DNA of 64,000 bases from a candidate division WOR-1 bacterium RIFOXYB2_FULL_45_9 (GCA_001771575.1 MEUD01000001.1:1575470-1639469), one strand, 5' to 3'; numbered from the stretch's first letter, positions 1-9,808 are shown. Notes: generated from the letters alone by a model not told the origin. Numbers and translations are program-made.

Positions 1-117
1 GTTATACTTGCTGAAGCGGGCGCTGGCCAAGGACCCGAAATGCCGGACCAGCTCGGTCGCCGGACTCCGCGGTCAGCTGGAAATTATTTTAAAGAACCTG
101 CCGTAATTTTTATTAAG
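1..117 (+). CDS. 3' end (C-terminus only) of an upstream gene, partial at window edge
   Basis: Frame 1 is open from nt 1 to TGA at 115-117 (…GQGPEMPDQLGRRTPRSAGNYFKEPAVIFIKIK*). No homology recognised. Confidence 0.25.
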
Positions 118-160
118 ATCAAATGAAATTTCCCCCTCCCACCCACGATAACTAACTGTA

Positions 161-1003
161 ATGCCAAAGGTTATTTTCCAACCACAACGGGCCGGTTTTT
201 TACCGGCGGACTTTGCCGGCCGCCGGCTTGCCCCAGCCAAACAAGGTCGGGTTGAGCTTGCTCGGCTTGGTCGAGATCTTCCTATAAGAAGCGACAATTT
301 GATTTCTAAACCGCCGCTGACCGGGATCTATAGTTTGATAGCCCAGAAACAGGTGGCGGTTGTTGTTTCTGCCGAACAGATCCCCGAAGAGATTCGCGCT
401 CCTTTTTCTTTGGCCGGTCCCAAATTTGCTGAAGATTTTAACTCTTTTATCTCAGCCCTGGTTTTATTTGAATCGGTTAGGGGTGTGCAAAGGGAGTGGA
501 CTTATGGTTTTGAGCTGTCTATGCTCGGTCTGGAAAAAGAGAACTTTTGGTCATTGCTTGGATCAGCTACAACCGAAATTTCCCAGAATAACGGACGGGG
601 GATCGTTTTTTTAAGCGCGAATTCACCTGATAACGTGTTGATTCCGGGGGGGGAGTTCCATTGGAGTTTAAGCTGGCTGATCGGCCGCCTCCGCGCCGGC
701 AACTTGTTGCTTAGTGAGAATGGACGGGATTGCGTTGCGGCCATGTATCAAGTAAATATGTTAAAAGAGTTTATTTCGGGGAATCTCGACTCCGATGCCG
801 GTTTTTACTATGATCCACGGCTGACGCAATATTTAAAATGTTTAGTTGGGTTCAATGAGCTTATTGCCGATAAAGCGCGCTTTCTCTCGGGCCAGGAAAA
901 AGAGGTGATCGCTCAACATGAGGGGGGCTGGTCGGTGTCAAACATTATCAGTTTCAATCGAGCCGTAGTTGAGGGGTATCTTAGGGCTTTGCGGGAGACA
1001 TAA
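161..1003 (+). CDS. hypothetical protein (280 aa)
   Basis: Long ORF with GC and codon usage typical of the window. Translationally coupled to the next ORF (stop 1003, next ATG 1006). No recognisable motif. Confidence 0.5.
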   Translation: MPKVIFQPQRAGFLPADFAGRRLAPAKQGRVELARLGRDLPIRSDNLISKPPLTGIYSLIAQKQVAVVVSAEQIPEEIRAPFSLAGPKFAEDFNSFISALVLFESVRGVQREWTYGFELSMLGLEKENFWSLLGSATTEISQNNGRGIVFLSANSPDNVLIPGGEFHWSLSWLIGRLRAGNLLLSENGRDCVAAMYQVNMLKEFISGNLDSDAGFYYDPRLTQYLKCLVGFNELIADKARFLSGQEKEVIAQHEGGWSVSNIISFNRAVVEGYLRALRET

Positions 1004-1005
1004 TT

Positions 1006-1458
1006 TTGATCGCTATTCATCGACTGCTAGGTTCTTTGGGGATCGCAAGTTCGCAGTACAAATTACTTCAATCCGGTCAACTCTCCAGCCGGGCGATCCT
1101 CCGTTTGGCGTTTGCTCCAAGTCGGGAGGTTAGCCTTTGCGCCTGGGCGGCGATCAACACCCGGCCGGAAATTATCTATAGTGGGGCGCGGAGGGATGAG
1201 TTTGGAGTTAACCGTCTGCTGCCGGCGGCGGAACTGGCCTTAAAACAGAGAGAAATAGAACCCCGGACCGTTGCCCGGGTTTTGCATTATTTGGGTTCCG
1301 ACGAAGCCAGGGAACCAACCTATGTAATCGATCTGTTAAGTGAGCATAGCGCAAACAAGCAAGGGGACATTGTCTCCGAACTTGGCAAGATTAACCTTCC
1401 TTTGGCGAAAAGAATAGTCGCGATTTGGCAAACAAGCCGCGGACTCCCCACAGAGTAA
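1006..1458 (+). CDS. hypothetical protein (150 aa)
   Basis: ORF immediately after the previous stop. No recognisable domain. Confidence 0.45.
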   Translation: MIAIHRLLGSLGIASSQYKLLQSGQLSSRAILRLAFAPSREVSLCAWAAINTRPEIIYSGARRDEFGVNRLLPAAELALKQREIEPRTVARVLHYLGSDEAREPTYVIDLLSEHSANKQGDIVSELGKINLPLAKRIVAIWQTSRGLPTE

Positions 1459-1606
1459 TTCACTTCTCCTGACGACCTGCCCACTTATAGGCCGATTTCT
1501 GCCTCACCATCACCCGGCACCCTTCATTACCCCAAAACATTGACTCTCAAAGAGGGGAGTGGGAGAATATATAGATGATTAGAGCCCTTATAAGGCTGGG
1601 AAATGT

Positions 1607-2254
1607 ATGAATAATAAAGAGAAAATATTTTCAAAAAAAATGAAATGTCCTTATTGCAATAGTAATATTTCTATGGAAATAGTAGCTAGATATAATCAAA
1701 TGGAAATGATATGCGATGATGATATGCAGATGCAATATGAAGAAGGGACTTACTATGAATTATTGCTATGTGCTTCATGTAATCAAATAATTTTACAATC
1801 AAAATATTATTTTGAGCCATGGGGAAAAGAACAAGAGTCGCCGAAAATTCTTTTTCCTTCCGAAGAAAAGCCAATTCTGGGTCTTCCTGAAACGGTCAAA
1901 AAGGCATATGAAGCAGCTGTAAAAATTCGTAAAATTGATACAAATGCATTTGCCGTTTTATTGGGTCGGGTGTTAGAAATAGTTTGTCAGGATCGCAGTG
2001 CACAAGGGGGCTCGCTTTACGATAAACTTAAATATTTGGCAGATAAAGGAGAAATGCCAAAGCGCTTGGCGGAAATGGCCAATAGTCTTAGACAATTACG
2101 AAATATTGGTGCACATGCTGATTTAGGGGAGTTGAGTGACAAAGAAATTCCTTTTCTTGATGGCCTATGTAGAGCCATTCTTGAGTATATTTATAGTGCT
2201 CCCCAGTTAATTGAGGCAGTTCAGACAAGACTTAATAAGATAACGAAGTCCTAG
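1607..2254 (+). CDS. Zn-ribbon + DUF4145 (HEPN-like, Rx4H motif) protein; putative abortive-infection/defence RNase
   Basis: AT-rich ORF (about 30% GC versus about 57% in flanks). N-terminal CPYC…(about 35 aa)…CASC zinc-ribbon pattern. C-terminal LRQLRNIGAHAD matches the DUF4145 / HEPN signature R-x4-H. RBS-like AAGG 6 nt upstream. Confidence 0.65.
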   Translation: MNNKEKIFSKKMKCPYCNSNISMEIVARYNQMEMICDDDMQMQYEEGTYYELLLCASCNQIILQSKYYFEPWGKEQESPKILFPSEEKPILGLPETVKKAYEAAVKIRKIDTNAFAVLLGRVLEIVCQDRSAQGGSLYDKLKYLADKGEMPKRLAEMANSLRQLRNIGAHADLGELSDKEIPFLDGLCRAILEYIYSAPQLIEAVQTRLNKITKS

Positions 2255-2300
2255 ATTTCAAGCAACCAAATATAATAGAGGAATAAAATAAGGCTAGCAA

Positions 2301-3104
2301 GTGGATAAAAAAATATATTATTGTTTTTTAGATGAAAGATTTGAAGAAGAAAGCGCCATAATAGGCGGCTATCTAATTGATGATGTTAATCTTAAGGTAT
2401 TATTTCAGAATATTGTTAGAATTAAAAAGGAAAACAATTTACCTTTGGAAACCAATATGAAGTGGCGTCATTGTAAGAAAAATAAGAATTTAGCAAAAGA
2501 TGTGTTTTCTTTGTTGTCAAAAAATAATGGCGTAACATCTTTTGTGTCTATGGTATGGACCGGGAAGGGTGGGGATAAATTCCAAGGATGGAAAAATTGT
2601 TTGAGCAATCTATTGGAAAGATTAATAATTAATTTGGATCAATTAAAAAATAAAAATGATGAGAGCTATCCTTCGGTATTTATTGTTTTTGATATGCTCC
2701 CTGGAGGGGTGGCTGGTTTAAACAAAAAAAAGCTTTGGCAATTTCTAAAAATATATTTAGATTATTATCAGAATAAACATAGTTTTCTAAAAAATGAATT
2801 ACCATCATTAAAAGAATTCTCCGCGTTTGATTCATTGGTTATTGCGCCTGCTCGCTCGTGCTCTGAAGTTCAGTTGGCTGATTGTTTTGTCGGAATGTGT
2901 GGGGACTTTTTGTATTGGAATTATAAGAATATAGACAGTGATAGCAAGGAAATAATTAAGGCTAATTTGCCCAAAATTGATTCTTTTGCTAGGGATAGGA
3001 ATGGAGATGTTATGGGGTGTGGCATTAAAATCCCTGATAGTGAAAAACAAAAAGTTATTGATAAGTTAAATGAATTATCTTTTAAAGTTGTATTGGCTCA
3101 ATAG
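2301..3104 (+). CDS. DUF3800 family protein
   Basis: AT-rich ORF starting with GTG at 2301. It carries the two motifs that define DUF3800: an N-terminal D-E motif (YYCFLDERFEEE) and a C-terminal Q-x-A-D motif (SEVQLADCFVG). Same strand as the HEPN-like gene and 46 nt downstream of it. Confidence 0.6.
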   Translation: MDKKIYYCFLDERFEEESAIIGGYLIDDVNLKVLFQNIVRIKKENNLPLETNMKWRHCKKNKNLAKDVFSLLSKNNGVTSFVSMVWTGKGGDKFQGWKNCLSNLLERLIINLDQLKNKNDESYPSVFIVFDMLPGGVAGLNKKKLWQFLKIYLDYYQNKHSFLKNELPSLKEFSAFDSLVIAPARSCSEVQLADCFVGMCGDFLYWNYKNIDSDSKEIIKANLPKIDSFARDRNGDVMGCGIKIPDSEKQKVIDKLNELSFKVVLAQ

Positions 3105-3117
3105 GAGGTTTGACGCT

Positions 3118-3435
3118 ATGTTAAACATACTCCTCTCCATTCTCTATATTGCCTTCATCAGCTTATTTGCCTTAGATGTCTTTAGCGGCGGATTCAGCTG
3201 GCCGGGGACGGTGATTGCGTTATTCATCCACCTTATTCCAACCTTTATTCTGATCGTTTGCCTTACCGTTGCCTGGAAGAGGGGAGTAGTTGGCGGGAGC
3301 CTTTTTCTAGCGGTGGGGATCTTGTTCACTCTCTGGTTTAGGACCTATCAGCGGCTTGATGTCTTCCTTTTAATTAGTTTTCCGTTGCTGTTGATCGGTA
3401 CGTTGTTTATAATAAGCGGAAAGAGGAGGCTGTAA
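3118..3435 (+). CDS. small integral membrane protein (about 105 aa, 3-4 TM helices)
   Basis: AGGAGG RBS at 3103-3108 followed by ATG at 3118 (MLNILLSILYIAFISLFA…). Strongly hydrophobic throughout. GC back to the window norm. Confidence 0.5.
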   Translation: MLNILLSILYIAFISLFALDVFSGGFSWPGTVIALFIHLIPTFILIVCLTVAWKRGVVGGSLFLAVGILFTLWFRTYQRLDVFLLISFPLLLIGTLFIISGKRRL

Positions 3436-3437
3436 TC

Positions 3438-3920
3438 ATGAATGAAAAAGAGTGTTGCCCCAAGTTTGACCCCCAGCCCTGGGACGAAAAAACGCACGTT
3501 TGGAAAAATAAACCTTTCATCCGGGAAACTATCCCCCAAATTTTCCATATGCCGCTCCCCTGGATGTTTGGCGGCGCGGTGACCAAGATGTGGAACCTGG
3601 CCCAAAAGAGTGGGGCGGCACCGGCCATGAAAGATTTTATTTTGATGAGCTACGATCCTTCTCCCTGGCGGTCTGTACTTTATATGACCGTTACCAAAGA
3701 GGTCCCCGGCGCGGATAACGTGACGCTATCGGGCACTTATATCAGCAAGGTTTTTGACGGACCCTATAACGCTGTCCCCAAGTGGATCAAGGAATTTGAC
3801 AAGTACCTGTCAGGGAAGGGGAAAAAGGCCCAGCAGTACTATTTTTACTTTTCCTACTGTCCTAAGTGCAGTAAAAAGTACGGCCATAACTTTTGTGTCG
3901 CCTTCGCGCGGGTCGATTAG
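3438..3920 (+). CDS. hypothetical protein (160 aa, Cys-containing C-terminus [13 protein letters not shown])
   Basis: ORF 2 nt after the previous stop. No confident family assignment. Confidence 0.45.
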   Translation: MNEKECCPKFDPQPWDEKTHVWKNKPFIRETIPQIFHMPLPWMFGGAVTKMWNLAQKSGAAPAMKDFILMSYDPSPWRSVLYMTVTKEVPGADNVTLSGTYISKVFDGPYNAVPKWIKEFDKYLSGKGKKAQQYYFYFSYCPKCSKKYGHNFCVAFARVD

Positions 3921-5176
3921 AGGTCTTCCGGGCTAACTATCCGGCCCGCTACCGCTGAAGCGGCGGCGACGGCGACGTTGGAGAGGTAGACTTCCGATTT
4001 GGGATGGCCCATCCGGCCGACAAAATTGCGATTGGTCGTGGCGATTGCCCTTTCCCCTTCAGCCAAAATTCCCATGTGGCCGCCAAGACAGGGGCCGCAG
4101 GTTGGGGTCGAGACCGCCGCTTCCGCTTTAAGAAAAATATCAAATAACCCTTCTTTCATCGCCTGCGCGTAAATCTTTTGGGTCGCCGGGATAATGATCA
4201 GCCGGACATCTTTGTGTTTCTTTTTCCCTTTGAGAACCTTGGCCGCGATCCGCAGATCTTCGATCCGGCCGTTGGTGCAGGAGCCGATGACCGACTGGTC
4301 GATCTTAACCGACTTGCACTGGCTGACCGGTTTGGTGTTGCTGGGGAGGTGAGGGAAGGAGACCTGCGGTTCGATCTTGGAAATGTCCCAATCGTAAACC
4401 TGGACGTATTCGGCGTCCGGGTCGGAAGTGTAAATTATTCCTTTGTCCGCTTTGACCTTTTTCAGGTAGGCGGCGGTCTTGGCGTCGGCCGGGAAGATTC
4501 CGTTCTTACCGCCCGCTTCGATCGCCATGTTGGCCATGGTCATCCGTCCTTCAACCGAGAGGGAGTCGATAACTGGGCCGGTGAATTCCATCGACATGTA
4601 GCGGGCGCCGTCGACCCCGATCTGGCCGATGGTGTAGAGGATGAGGTCCTTGGCTTCGACCCACTTGGGGAGTTTGCCGCGGTAGACGAACTTTAGTTGT
4701 TCGGGGACTTTGAACCAGACTTCGCCGGTCGCCATCCCGGCCGCCATGTCGGTGGAACCGACGCCGGTCGAGAAAGCGCCAAGGGCGCCGTAAGTGCAGG
4801 TGTGGGAATCGGCTCCGATGATCAGGTCGCCCGGTTTGATCGCCCCCATTTCCGGGAGGAGGGCGTGTTCGACCCCCATACAGCCAATCTCAAAGAAATT
4901 GACGATCCCGTACTTTTTGGCGAACTCGCGCATCATCTTGACCTGCTCGGCCGATTTGATGTCTTTGGCCGGGGTGAAGTGGTCGGGGACCAGGTAGATC
5001 TTTTTTTTGTCGAAAACTTTTTTGACCCCGATCTTTTCAAACTCTTTGATCGCCGGGGGGGAGGTGATGTCGTTCCCCAGGACAAGGTCCAGTTTGCAAT
5101 TGATCAGCTCGCCGGGAAAAACATCTTTCTTGCCGGCGTGTTTGGCTAATATTTTTTGGGAAATTGTCTGTGCCAT
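3917..5176 (-). CDS. leuC: 3-isopropylmalate dehydratase / homoaconitase large subunit (archaeal-type about 420-aa LeuC/HacA)
   Basis: Aconitase-family hallmarks in the translation: [42 protein letters not shown], Fe-S ligand region [21 protein letters not shown]. No leuD small-subunit gene is adjacent. Confidence 0.9.
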   Translation of the reverse strand: MAQTISQKILAKHAGKKDVFPGELINCKLDLVLGNDITSPPAIKEFEKIGVKKVFDKKKIYLVPDHFTPAKDIKSAEQVKMMREFAKKYGIVNFFEIGCMGVEHALLPEMGAIKPGDLIIGADSHTCTYGALGAFSTGVGSTDMAAGMATGEVWFKVPEQLKFVYRGKLPKWVEAKDLILYTIGQIGVDGARYMSMEFTGPVIDSLSVEGRMTMANMAIEAGGKNGIFPADAKTAAYLKKVKADKGIIYTSDPDAEYVQVYDWDISKIEPQVSFPHLPSNTKPVSQCKSVKIDQSVIGSCTNGRIEDLRIAAKVLKGKKKHKDVRLIIIPATQKIYAQAMKEGLFDIFLKAEAAVSTPTCGPCLGGHMGILAEGERAIATTNRNFVGRMGHPKSEVYLSNVAVAAASAVAGRIVSPEDL

Positions 5177-5227
5177 GGTTTAATCTTAACAAATTTGTCG
5201 CCAGCTTTCAAGAAAGCCGCTCCGCTA

Positions 5228-5236
5228 TGTTATAAT
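5228..5236 (+). promoter_or_regulatory. extended -10 promoter element TGTTATAATT upstream of the OMP/TIGR00725/thiC operon
   Basis: TGnTATAAT at 5228-5236. The same decamer TGTTATAATT recurs at 9794 and 43257. Confidence 0.5.
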
Positions 5237-5262
5237 TCCTTTAACCTAAGGAGCGTGTTTTT

Positions 5263-5745
5263 GTGAAAAAAATCGCTATTGTTCTCTGTTCCTTGTTGGC
5301 CCTTGGTTGTTTTAGTCAGGTTAGAGCGGAGATCGGGATCGGCTATGAATCGATGGTTATTTTGCCGCACGCGGCTACCATTTATTACAAAGACAAGTCG
5401 AGCGGTTTTGGCGCGAAGTTGTCGGCCGATTTTGGGACCTCGTTCCTTTCCAACATGGTCAAACTTTACGGCTCGATCGTTACTCTAGGCTTGGCCAACA
5501 TTAAGGACGTTAGTTTTTATACCGCTTCGCTGACCAAAGACCTGACCCAGGAACCAAAATCCCGCTCCTACGTGCGAATTGGGGTGATGTTCTTTTCCGC
5601 CTCATCGGGGAGCGCTACGGCGACCACGACCATCCCAACCCTGGGGATCGGTTGGGAGTGGCAGGACGGTCTTTTTGGGCAGACGACTTCCTGCGAGCTT
5701 GGCTATCCGGAATTGCTGACTTTTGGGATACGTCATTATTTTTAA
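5263..5745 (+). CDS. outer-membrane beta-barrel family protein (secreted, C-terminal Phe)
   Basis: GTG start with AAGGAG RBS at 5248-5253. Signal peptide MKKIAIVLCSLLALGCFSQVRA. Alternating hydrophobic pattern and terminal …GIRHYF, which is typical of OMP barrels. Confidence 0.55.
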   Translation: MKKIAIVLCSLLALGCFSQVRAEIGIGYESMVILPHAATIYYKDKSSGFGAKLSADFGTSFLSNMVKLYGSIVTLGLANIKDVSFYTASLTKDLTQEPKSRSYVRIGVMFFSASSGSATATTTIPTLGIGWEWQDGLFGQTTSCELGYPELLTFGIRHYF

Positions 5746-5756
5746 AGAGGTTGATC

Positions 5757-6272
5757 ATGATCAATAAAACTTTTATCGCGGTGATCGGCGAGAGCCACGC
5801 GTCGTCTGAAATCGCCAAAATGGCGGAAGAGATTGGCCAGGAGATCGGCAGGGCAGGGGCGGTTTTGGTTTGCGGCGGGTTGAAAGGGGTTATGGAACAT
5901 GCTGCCAAGGGGGCCAAGAGCGCCGGCGGGACGACGATCGGCATTCTCCCGGGGAGCCGGCGTGAAGACGCCAACCCTTACGTTGATTATCCGATCATTA
6001 CCGGGATTGGCTACGCCAGGAATAAGTTGGTGGTCAAAACCGGCCACGTGGTGATCGCGATCGGCGGATCCTATGGCACATTGTCAGAGATCGGGTTTGC
6101 TTTAGGTTACAAGATCCCGGTAGTTGGACTGAATACCTGGCAGATGATCCACCACGACGGCCAGTTGGACAAGCAAGTTCACCGGGTTAACACGGCCAAA
6201 GAAGCTGTCGTCCTGGCCCTGAAATTAGCCCGCGAAGCAAGGCCGGAAGAGCCGCGCGAATTTAGGAACTGA
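5757..6272 (+). CDS. TIGR00725 / LOG-family Rossmann-fold protein
   Basis: MINKTFIAVIGES…VLVCGGLKGVMEHAAKGA…GGTTIGILPG…VVIAIGGSYGTLSEIGFAL is the conserved core of the TIGR00725/LOG (lysine-decarboxylase-like) family. RBS AAAGAGG upstream of ATG 5757. The longer ORF-track start at 5652 overlaps the preceding gene. Confidence 0.7.
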   Translation: MINKTFIAVIGESHASSEIAKMAEEIGQEIGRAGAVLVCGGLKGVMEHAAKGAKSAGGTTIGILPGSRREDANPYVDYPIITGIGYARNKLVVKTGHVVIAIGGSYGTLSEIGFALGYKIPVVGLNTWQMIHHDGQLDKQVHRVNTAKEAVVLALKLAREARPEEPREFRN

Positions 6273-7552
6273 TGACCACCCAACGCCAAGCCGCCTTAAA
6301 AGGGATAATTACCCCGCAGATGAAAGCCGTTGCCCGGGACGAAGGAAGACAGGAGACGGAGATACGGGACGGTCTTGCGAAGGGGACGATTGCGATCCCA
6401 TTCAACCCAAGGCATCGAGGGCTTAAGGCAATAGGCATAGGCAAAGGCTTAAGGACTAAGGTCAACGCTAATATTGGGACTTCGGCTGATTTTCCCCAAT
6501 TAAAGAACGAACTTGTTAAACTCAAAGCTGCTATTGACGCTAAAACCGACGCGCTGATGGATTTGTCTACCGGCGGGAATATCAACGCCACCCGCAAAGC
6601 GATCATGTCCGCTTGCCCGGTCCCGGTCGGGACCGTTCCCATCTACCAGATGGTCGTCGAAAAGAAAATGACGGTCGAGGGGATGTTTGCGGTCGTGGAA
6701 GCGCAGGCCAAAGAAGGGGTCGACTTTATGACGATCCACTGCGGCGTGACCAGGGCTTCCGTGGCTGAATTAAAAAAACACCCCCGCTTAATGGAAGTTG
6801 TCTCTCGCGGCGGCGCGCTGATGATGAAATGGATCCTTGATAACGACCAGGAGAATCCGTTTTATGAACACTACGACCGCTTGCTTGAGATCGCCGCTAA
6901 ATACGATGTTACGATGTCGCTTGGCGATGGAATGCGGCCGGGCTCGATTGTTGACGCGGGAGACGCGGCGCAGATCAAAGAGCTCAAGATCCTGGGCCAA
7001 TTGACCAAAGAAGCGTGGCGGGCCGGGGTCCAGGTGATCATTGAAGGGCCGGGACATGTTCCTTACGACCAGATCGTCGGCCAGATGAAAATGCAGAAGA
7101 AGTATTGCTACGGGGCGCCGTTTTATGTTCTGGGGCCGCTCCCGACCGACGTCGCTCCCGGCTACGATCACATCACCGCCGCGATTGGCGGGACCTTAGC
7201 GGCGGTTGCCGGCGCCGATTTCCTCTGTTACGTTACGCCGACCGAGCATCTTGGCCTGCCGGAAGCGGCCGACGTCAAAGAAGGGGTGATCGCTTCCCGG
7301 ATCGCCGCCCACTGCGCCGATATCGCCAAGGGAATCCCCGGGGCGATTGAGTGGGACAGGGCGATGTCCAAAGCGCGCAAAGAGCTTAACTGGGGAAAAC
7401 AGATCGCCTTGGCGATCGACCCGGAAAAAGCGAAGGCGATCCATGAGAAAAGAAAGGGAGACGGGATACGGGGGACGGGACACGGTAAAGGAGTCTGCTC
7501 CATGTGCGGCGAATTCTGCGCGATGAAAGTCTCCAGCGAAGCGCTGAAATAA
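6272..7552 (+). CDS. thiC: phosphomethylpyrimidine synthase ThiC
   Basis: Characteristic ThiC sequence throughout, including the C-terminal radical-SAM-like CSMCGEFCAMK motif. No leader is available for a TPP riboswitch: the start is at the stop of the upstream gene. Confidence 0.95.
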   Translation: MTTQRQAALKGIITPQMKAVARDEGRQETEIRDGLAKGTIAIPFNPRHRGLKAIGIGKGLRTKVNANIGTSADFPQLKNELVKLKAAIDAKTDALMDLSTGGNINATRKAIMSACPVPVGTVPIYQMVVEKKMTVEGMFAVVEAQAKEGVDFMTIHCGVTRASVAELKKHPRLMEVVSRGGALMMKWILDNDQENPFYEHYDRLLEIAAKYDVTMSLGDGMRPGSIVDAGDAAQIKELKILGQLTKEAWRAGVQVIIEGPGHVPYDQIVGQMKMQKKYCYGAPFYVLGPLPTDVAPGYDHITAAIGGTLAAVAGADFLCYVTPTEHLGLPEAADVKEGVIASRIAAHCADIAKGIPGAIEWDRAMSKARKELNWGKQIALAIDPEKAKAIHEKRKGDGIRGTGHGKGVCSMCGEFCAMKVSSEALK

Positions 7553-7599
7553 CATTAATTTGCCTGAAATTTGTTTTTTATCCCATCGATAAAAAGGGG

Positions 7600-7980
7600 A
7601 TGAGAACTTACAAGATAAAAGTTTTTCCTTACGTTCCTTCCCAGGTCTTAAAAAATATTGCCGGAGAGTCTTCGCCGGAATTATTGGCCAGAATGCGCCG
7701 ATTTCGGATGAATATCGTCGGTTTGGCGGCGGTAACCTGCCTGGATGTCTCGTCCGTGAAAGATTTGGTTTTTGGCCGGGTCCCCCCGATCAGCAGACGG
7801 GGTTCCTGGACAAAGGTTGCCATTAAAGTCTCTAATGCGCTCCTGGCCAGACCGGAAGACCTTTTCCCTAAAGTCATTGATCAGATCGGCGTAGCCCTCA
7901 CGAGCCCGGACCAGGAAATTTTCCCCGGGAGCCTCGTACCCGAGCTCAATCCCTCCAAAGAACTGCGAACAATTAAATAA
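7600..7980 (+). CDS. hypothetical small protein (126 aa)
   Basis: ATG at 7600 preceded by a purine-rich AAAAAGGGGA. The longer ORF-track version (7504) overlaps the thiC 3' end. An alternative antisense ORF 7681..8058 overlaps the next gene, so this call is weak. Confidence 0.3.
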   Translation: MRTYKIKVFPYVPSQVLKNIAGESSPELLARMRRFRMNIVGLAAVTCLDVSSVKDLVFGRVPPISRRGSWTKVAIKVSNALLARPEDLFPKVIDQIGVALTSPDQEIFPGSLVPELNPSKELRTIK

Positions 7981-7981
7981 A

Positions 7982-9013
7982 ATGGCTAAAGTTGTCCATC
8001 TGCCGAAAGCGACCTTTTTCCAGCGCTCTTTTTCACCGGGCCACCGGGCTGACGTCAAGTATCTTCCAAAGGCGACCCCGATATATCACGGCGAAAAATA
8101 CATTGGTTCTGATGGCAGTGCCGGTTTTTCCCGGCTGGTCGGATATGCTTTGCCGGGAGGTTTTTTGTCGTTTACCGATGGCCTGCCGCCTAAAACCATC
8201 TCCGCCGCGATCTCTTTTTGGCAAGAACATGAAAAGAATGATAATGAATGGGTGCCGCGCTTTCAACAGTTGCCTTTGCCCAGGCAAATGGACTATCTCC
8301 GGGTCTTTTTTGGTTATGACAATCCCAGGAACTTTTTTGAGAAAGCGACTATTAATACCGCGCGACGGATAAGCGGGCTGGCTAAACGTGATTTAGAGCT
8401 GGCCCGGACTGTTTTTTGGCGGACCAGTGAGATCTCGCCTTTAGATTTTGATCAGGCGGTCTTTTACGCTCTTGGCAAACACCCTCTTTTGCAGGCACGG
8501 CTGTTAGTGGCCAGGGGAGCGGTCCAGGGAGCGCGTTTGTTGGACGAAACATTTGAAGAGCGAACTTATGACGATCTGGAAGCGGTCCGGATCCTGATCG
8601 AGGGGGAGGGCTTGTCCCCGGCAGAAAAAGAGATCATACGAGAGATCAACAGGCTTTTTTTTCAAACAAGGGGGGGAGTGGCCCGGTCGTTTATTCTTCG
8701 CCGACTGCTGGTCTGGCGAGACAAGCTTAGCGACGCGATCAGTTTTAGCCGGCTTGTTGATCGTAAGATCAGACAGCTTGGTGATGAAAAACTGCGGTCA
8801 ATAGTCAGTCTGGCGGAAAAATCAGAAGCTCTGTGGCGTCAGTTGTGCGAGGGGTTGGGTTGTTATTCGACCCCGGAGCTTTATGAGTTGTTGTTGTTAT
8901 TTTACCGAAACGATCGGATCCTGATCCTGAAAAAAATGGGAGAGAACGGCTTTGCGGAGCGGGTCGAAGCGTTGGATTTTTACCTGATAAATGAGATGGG
9001 GAACAAACAATAA
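7982..9013 (+). CDS. hypothetical protein (343 aa)
   Basis: Long ORF with normal GC. No motif recognised. Confidence 0.5.
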   Translation: MAKVVHLPKATFFQRSFSPGHRADVKYLPKATPIYHGEKYIGSDGSAGFSRLVGYALPGGFLSFTDGLPPKTISAAISFWQEHEKNDNEWVPRFQQLPLPRQMDYLRVFFGYDNPRNFFEKATINTARRISGLAKRDLELARTVFWRTSEISPLDFDQAVFYALGKHPLLQARLLVARGAVQGARLLDETFEERTYDDLEAVRILIEGEGLSPAEKEIIREINRLFFQTRGGVARSFILRRLLVWRDKLSDAISFSRLVDRKIRQLGDEKLRSIVSLAEKSEALWRQLCEGLGCYSTPELYELLLLFYRNDRILILKKMGENGFAERVEALDFYLINEMGNKQ

Positions 9014-9130
9014 ATTTGACCGTAGCCGGGGAAGTATCGATCCAGTCGAGAAACACGAACACATGCAAGGAATTGCCTTGTTGGTACGATAAATAATTGT
9101 TAGACAAATCCACTATGATGGAGGCAAAAA

Positions 9131-9748
9131 ATGGCAGGACCAATTGAAGGAGTGCCCTCGAGTCCAAGATATACATTAGCGCTTGGCGGAATAATGCGAC
9201 AGCCAAACGATTCACTAGCAAACCCATATGGGAATGATTCCGTCGAAATATCTAGCGGGACAAGTCAGGTGAAAGAAACAGTTCCTTCCACTCCTGAATT
9301 TGGCGGTTTTGGCGAATTTCATTTGACTTTGCCATCAGGGCTGGGGGCTGGTTACCGGCTTGGGGTGCTTGCTACTCCCGGTAGCAATAACATTCATTCT
9401 GGGCAGGGGAAAGCAGTTATTAATAGCAGGGATGCGGTAATAGAAAACTCATTGCTTTTTAGTTGGACCCCAATAGGTGAGACATCTGGCTCGCCTTTTT
9501 CATTTCGTTTGGGGGCTGGTCCGACTCTTTCGAGTGTTTTTTCTACAACCACCCGGTTTACTCTTGGCGATAAACCTGCCATAAGCGACGAATCTAATGT
9601 TCAACACCGGTTTGGAGTTGGGACTAGTGTTGATATGAACTTACAGTTGCTGAATTCTGTCGGCTTGGTTTTGGGAGGCTCAGCCAGCTTTTTTGGTTCT
9701 GCGGGAACGATGCTAGGTGCCAATGCCGGTCTGACCCTGGACCTATAA
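9131..9748 (+). CDS. hypothetical Gly/Ser-rich protein (205 aa)
   Basis: ORF with somewhat lower GC, GGAGG-like RBS (ATGGAGGC) upstream. No signal peptide and no recognised domain. Confidence 0.45.
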   Translation: MAGPIEGVPSSPRYTLALGGIMRQPNDSLANPYGNDSVEISSGTSQVKETVPSTPEFGGFGEFHLTLPSGLGAGYRLGVLATPGSNNIHSGQGKAVINSRDAVIENSLLFSWTPIGETSGSPFSFRLGAGPTLSSVFSTTTRFTLGDKPAISDESNVQHRFGVGTSVDMNLQLLNSVGLVLGGSASFFGSAGTMLGANAGLTLDL

Positions 9749-9793
9749 GTATTTATTAGCCTGTTATTGGTTATCTTTTTGTTCTGAAAATTA

Positions 9794-9802
9794 TGTTATA
9801 AT
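9794..9802 (+). promoter_or_regulatory. extended -10 promoter TGTTATAATT 6 nt upstream of the thiL ATG (leaderless-type arrangement)
   Basis: TATAAT 9797-9802, then TTCCTC, then ATG 9809. No SD sequence. Confidence 0.5.
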
Positions 9803-9808
9803 TTCCTC

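Larger units (their letters stand above)
1540..3105. other. AT-rich genomic islet (HEPN-like/DUF4145 + DUF3800 genes)
   Basis: Sharp drop in GC (visually about 30%) relative to both flanks. Two co-oriented genes. No integrase or flanking repeat found. Confidence 0.6.

Noticed and set aside
73-297. 74-aa minus-strand ORF at the window start
   Set aside because: Arg/Ser/Ala-rich translation typical of antisense reading of GC-rich DNA. It overlaps the apparent 3' end of a + strand gene and the start of the 161..1003 ORF.
4178-5149. Two + strand ORFs (172 and 150 aa) inside leuC
   Set aside because: They are antisense shadows of the strongly supported LeuC gene. The translations are low-complexity (Gly/Asp/Arg/Val-rich).
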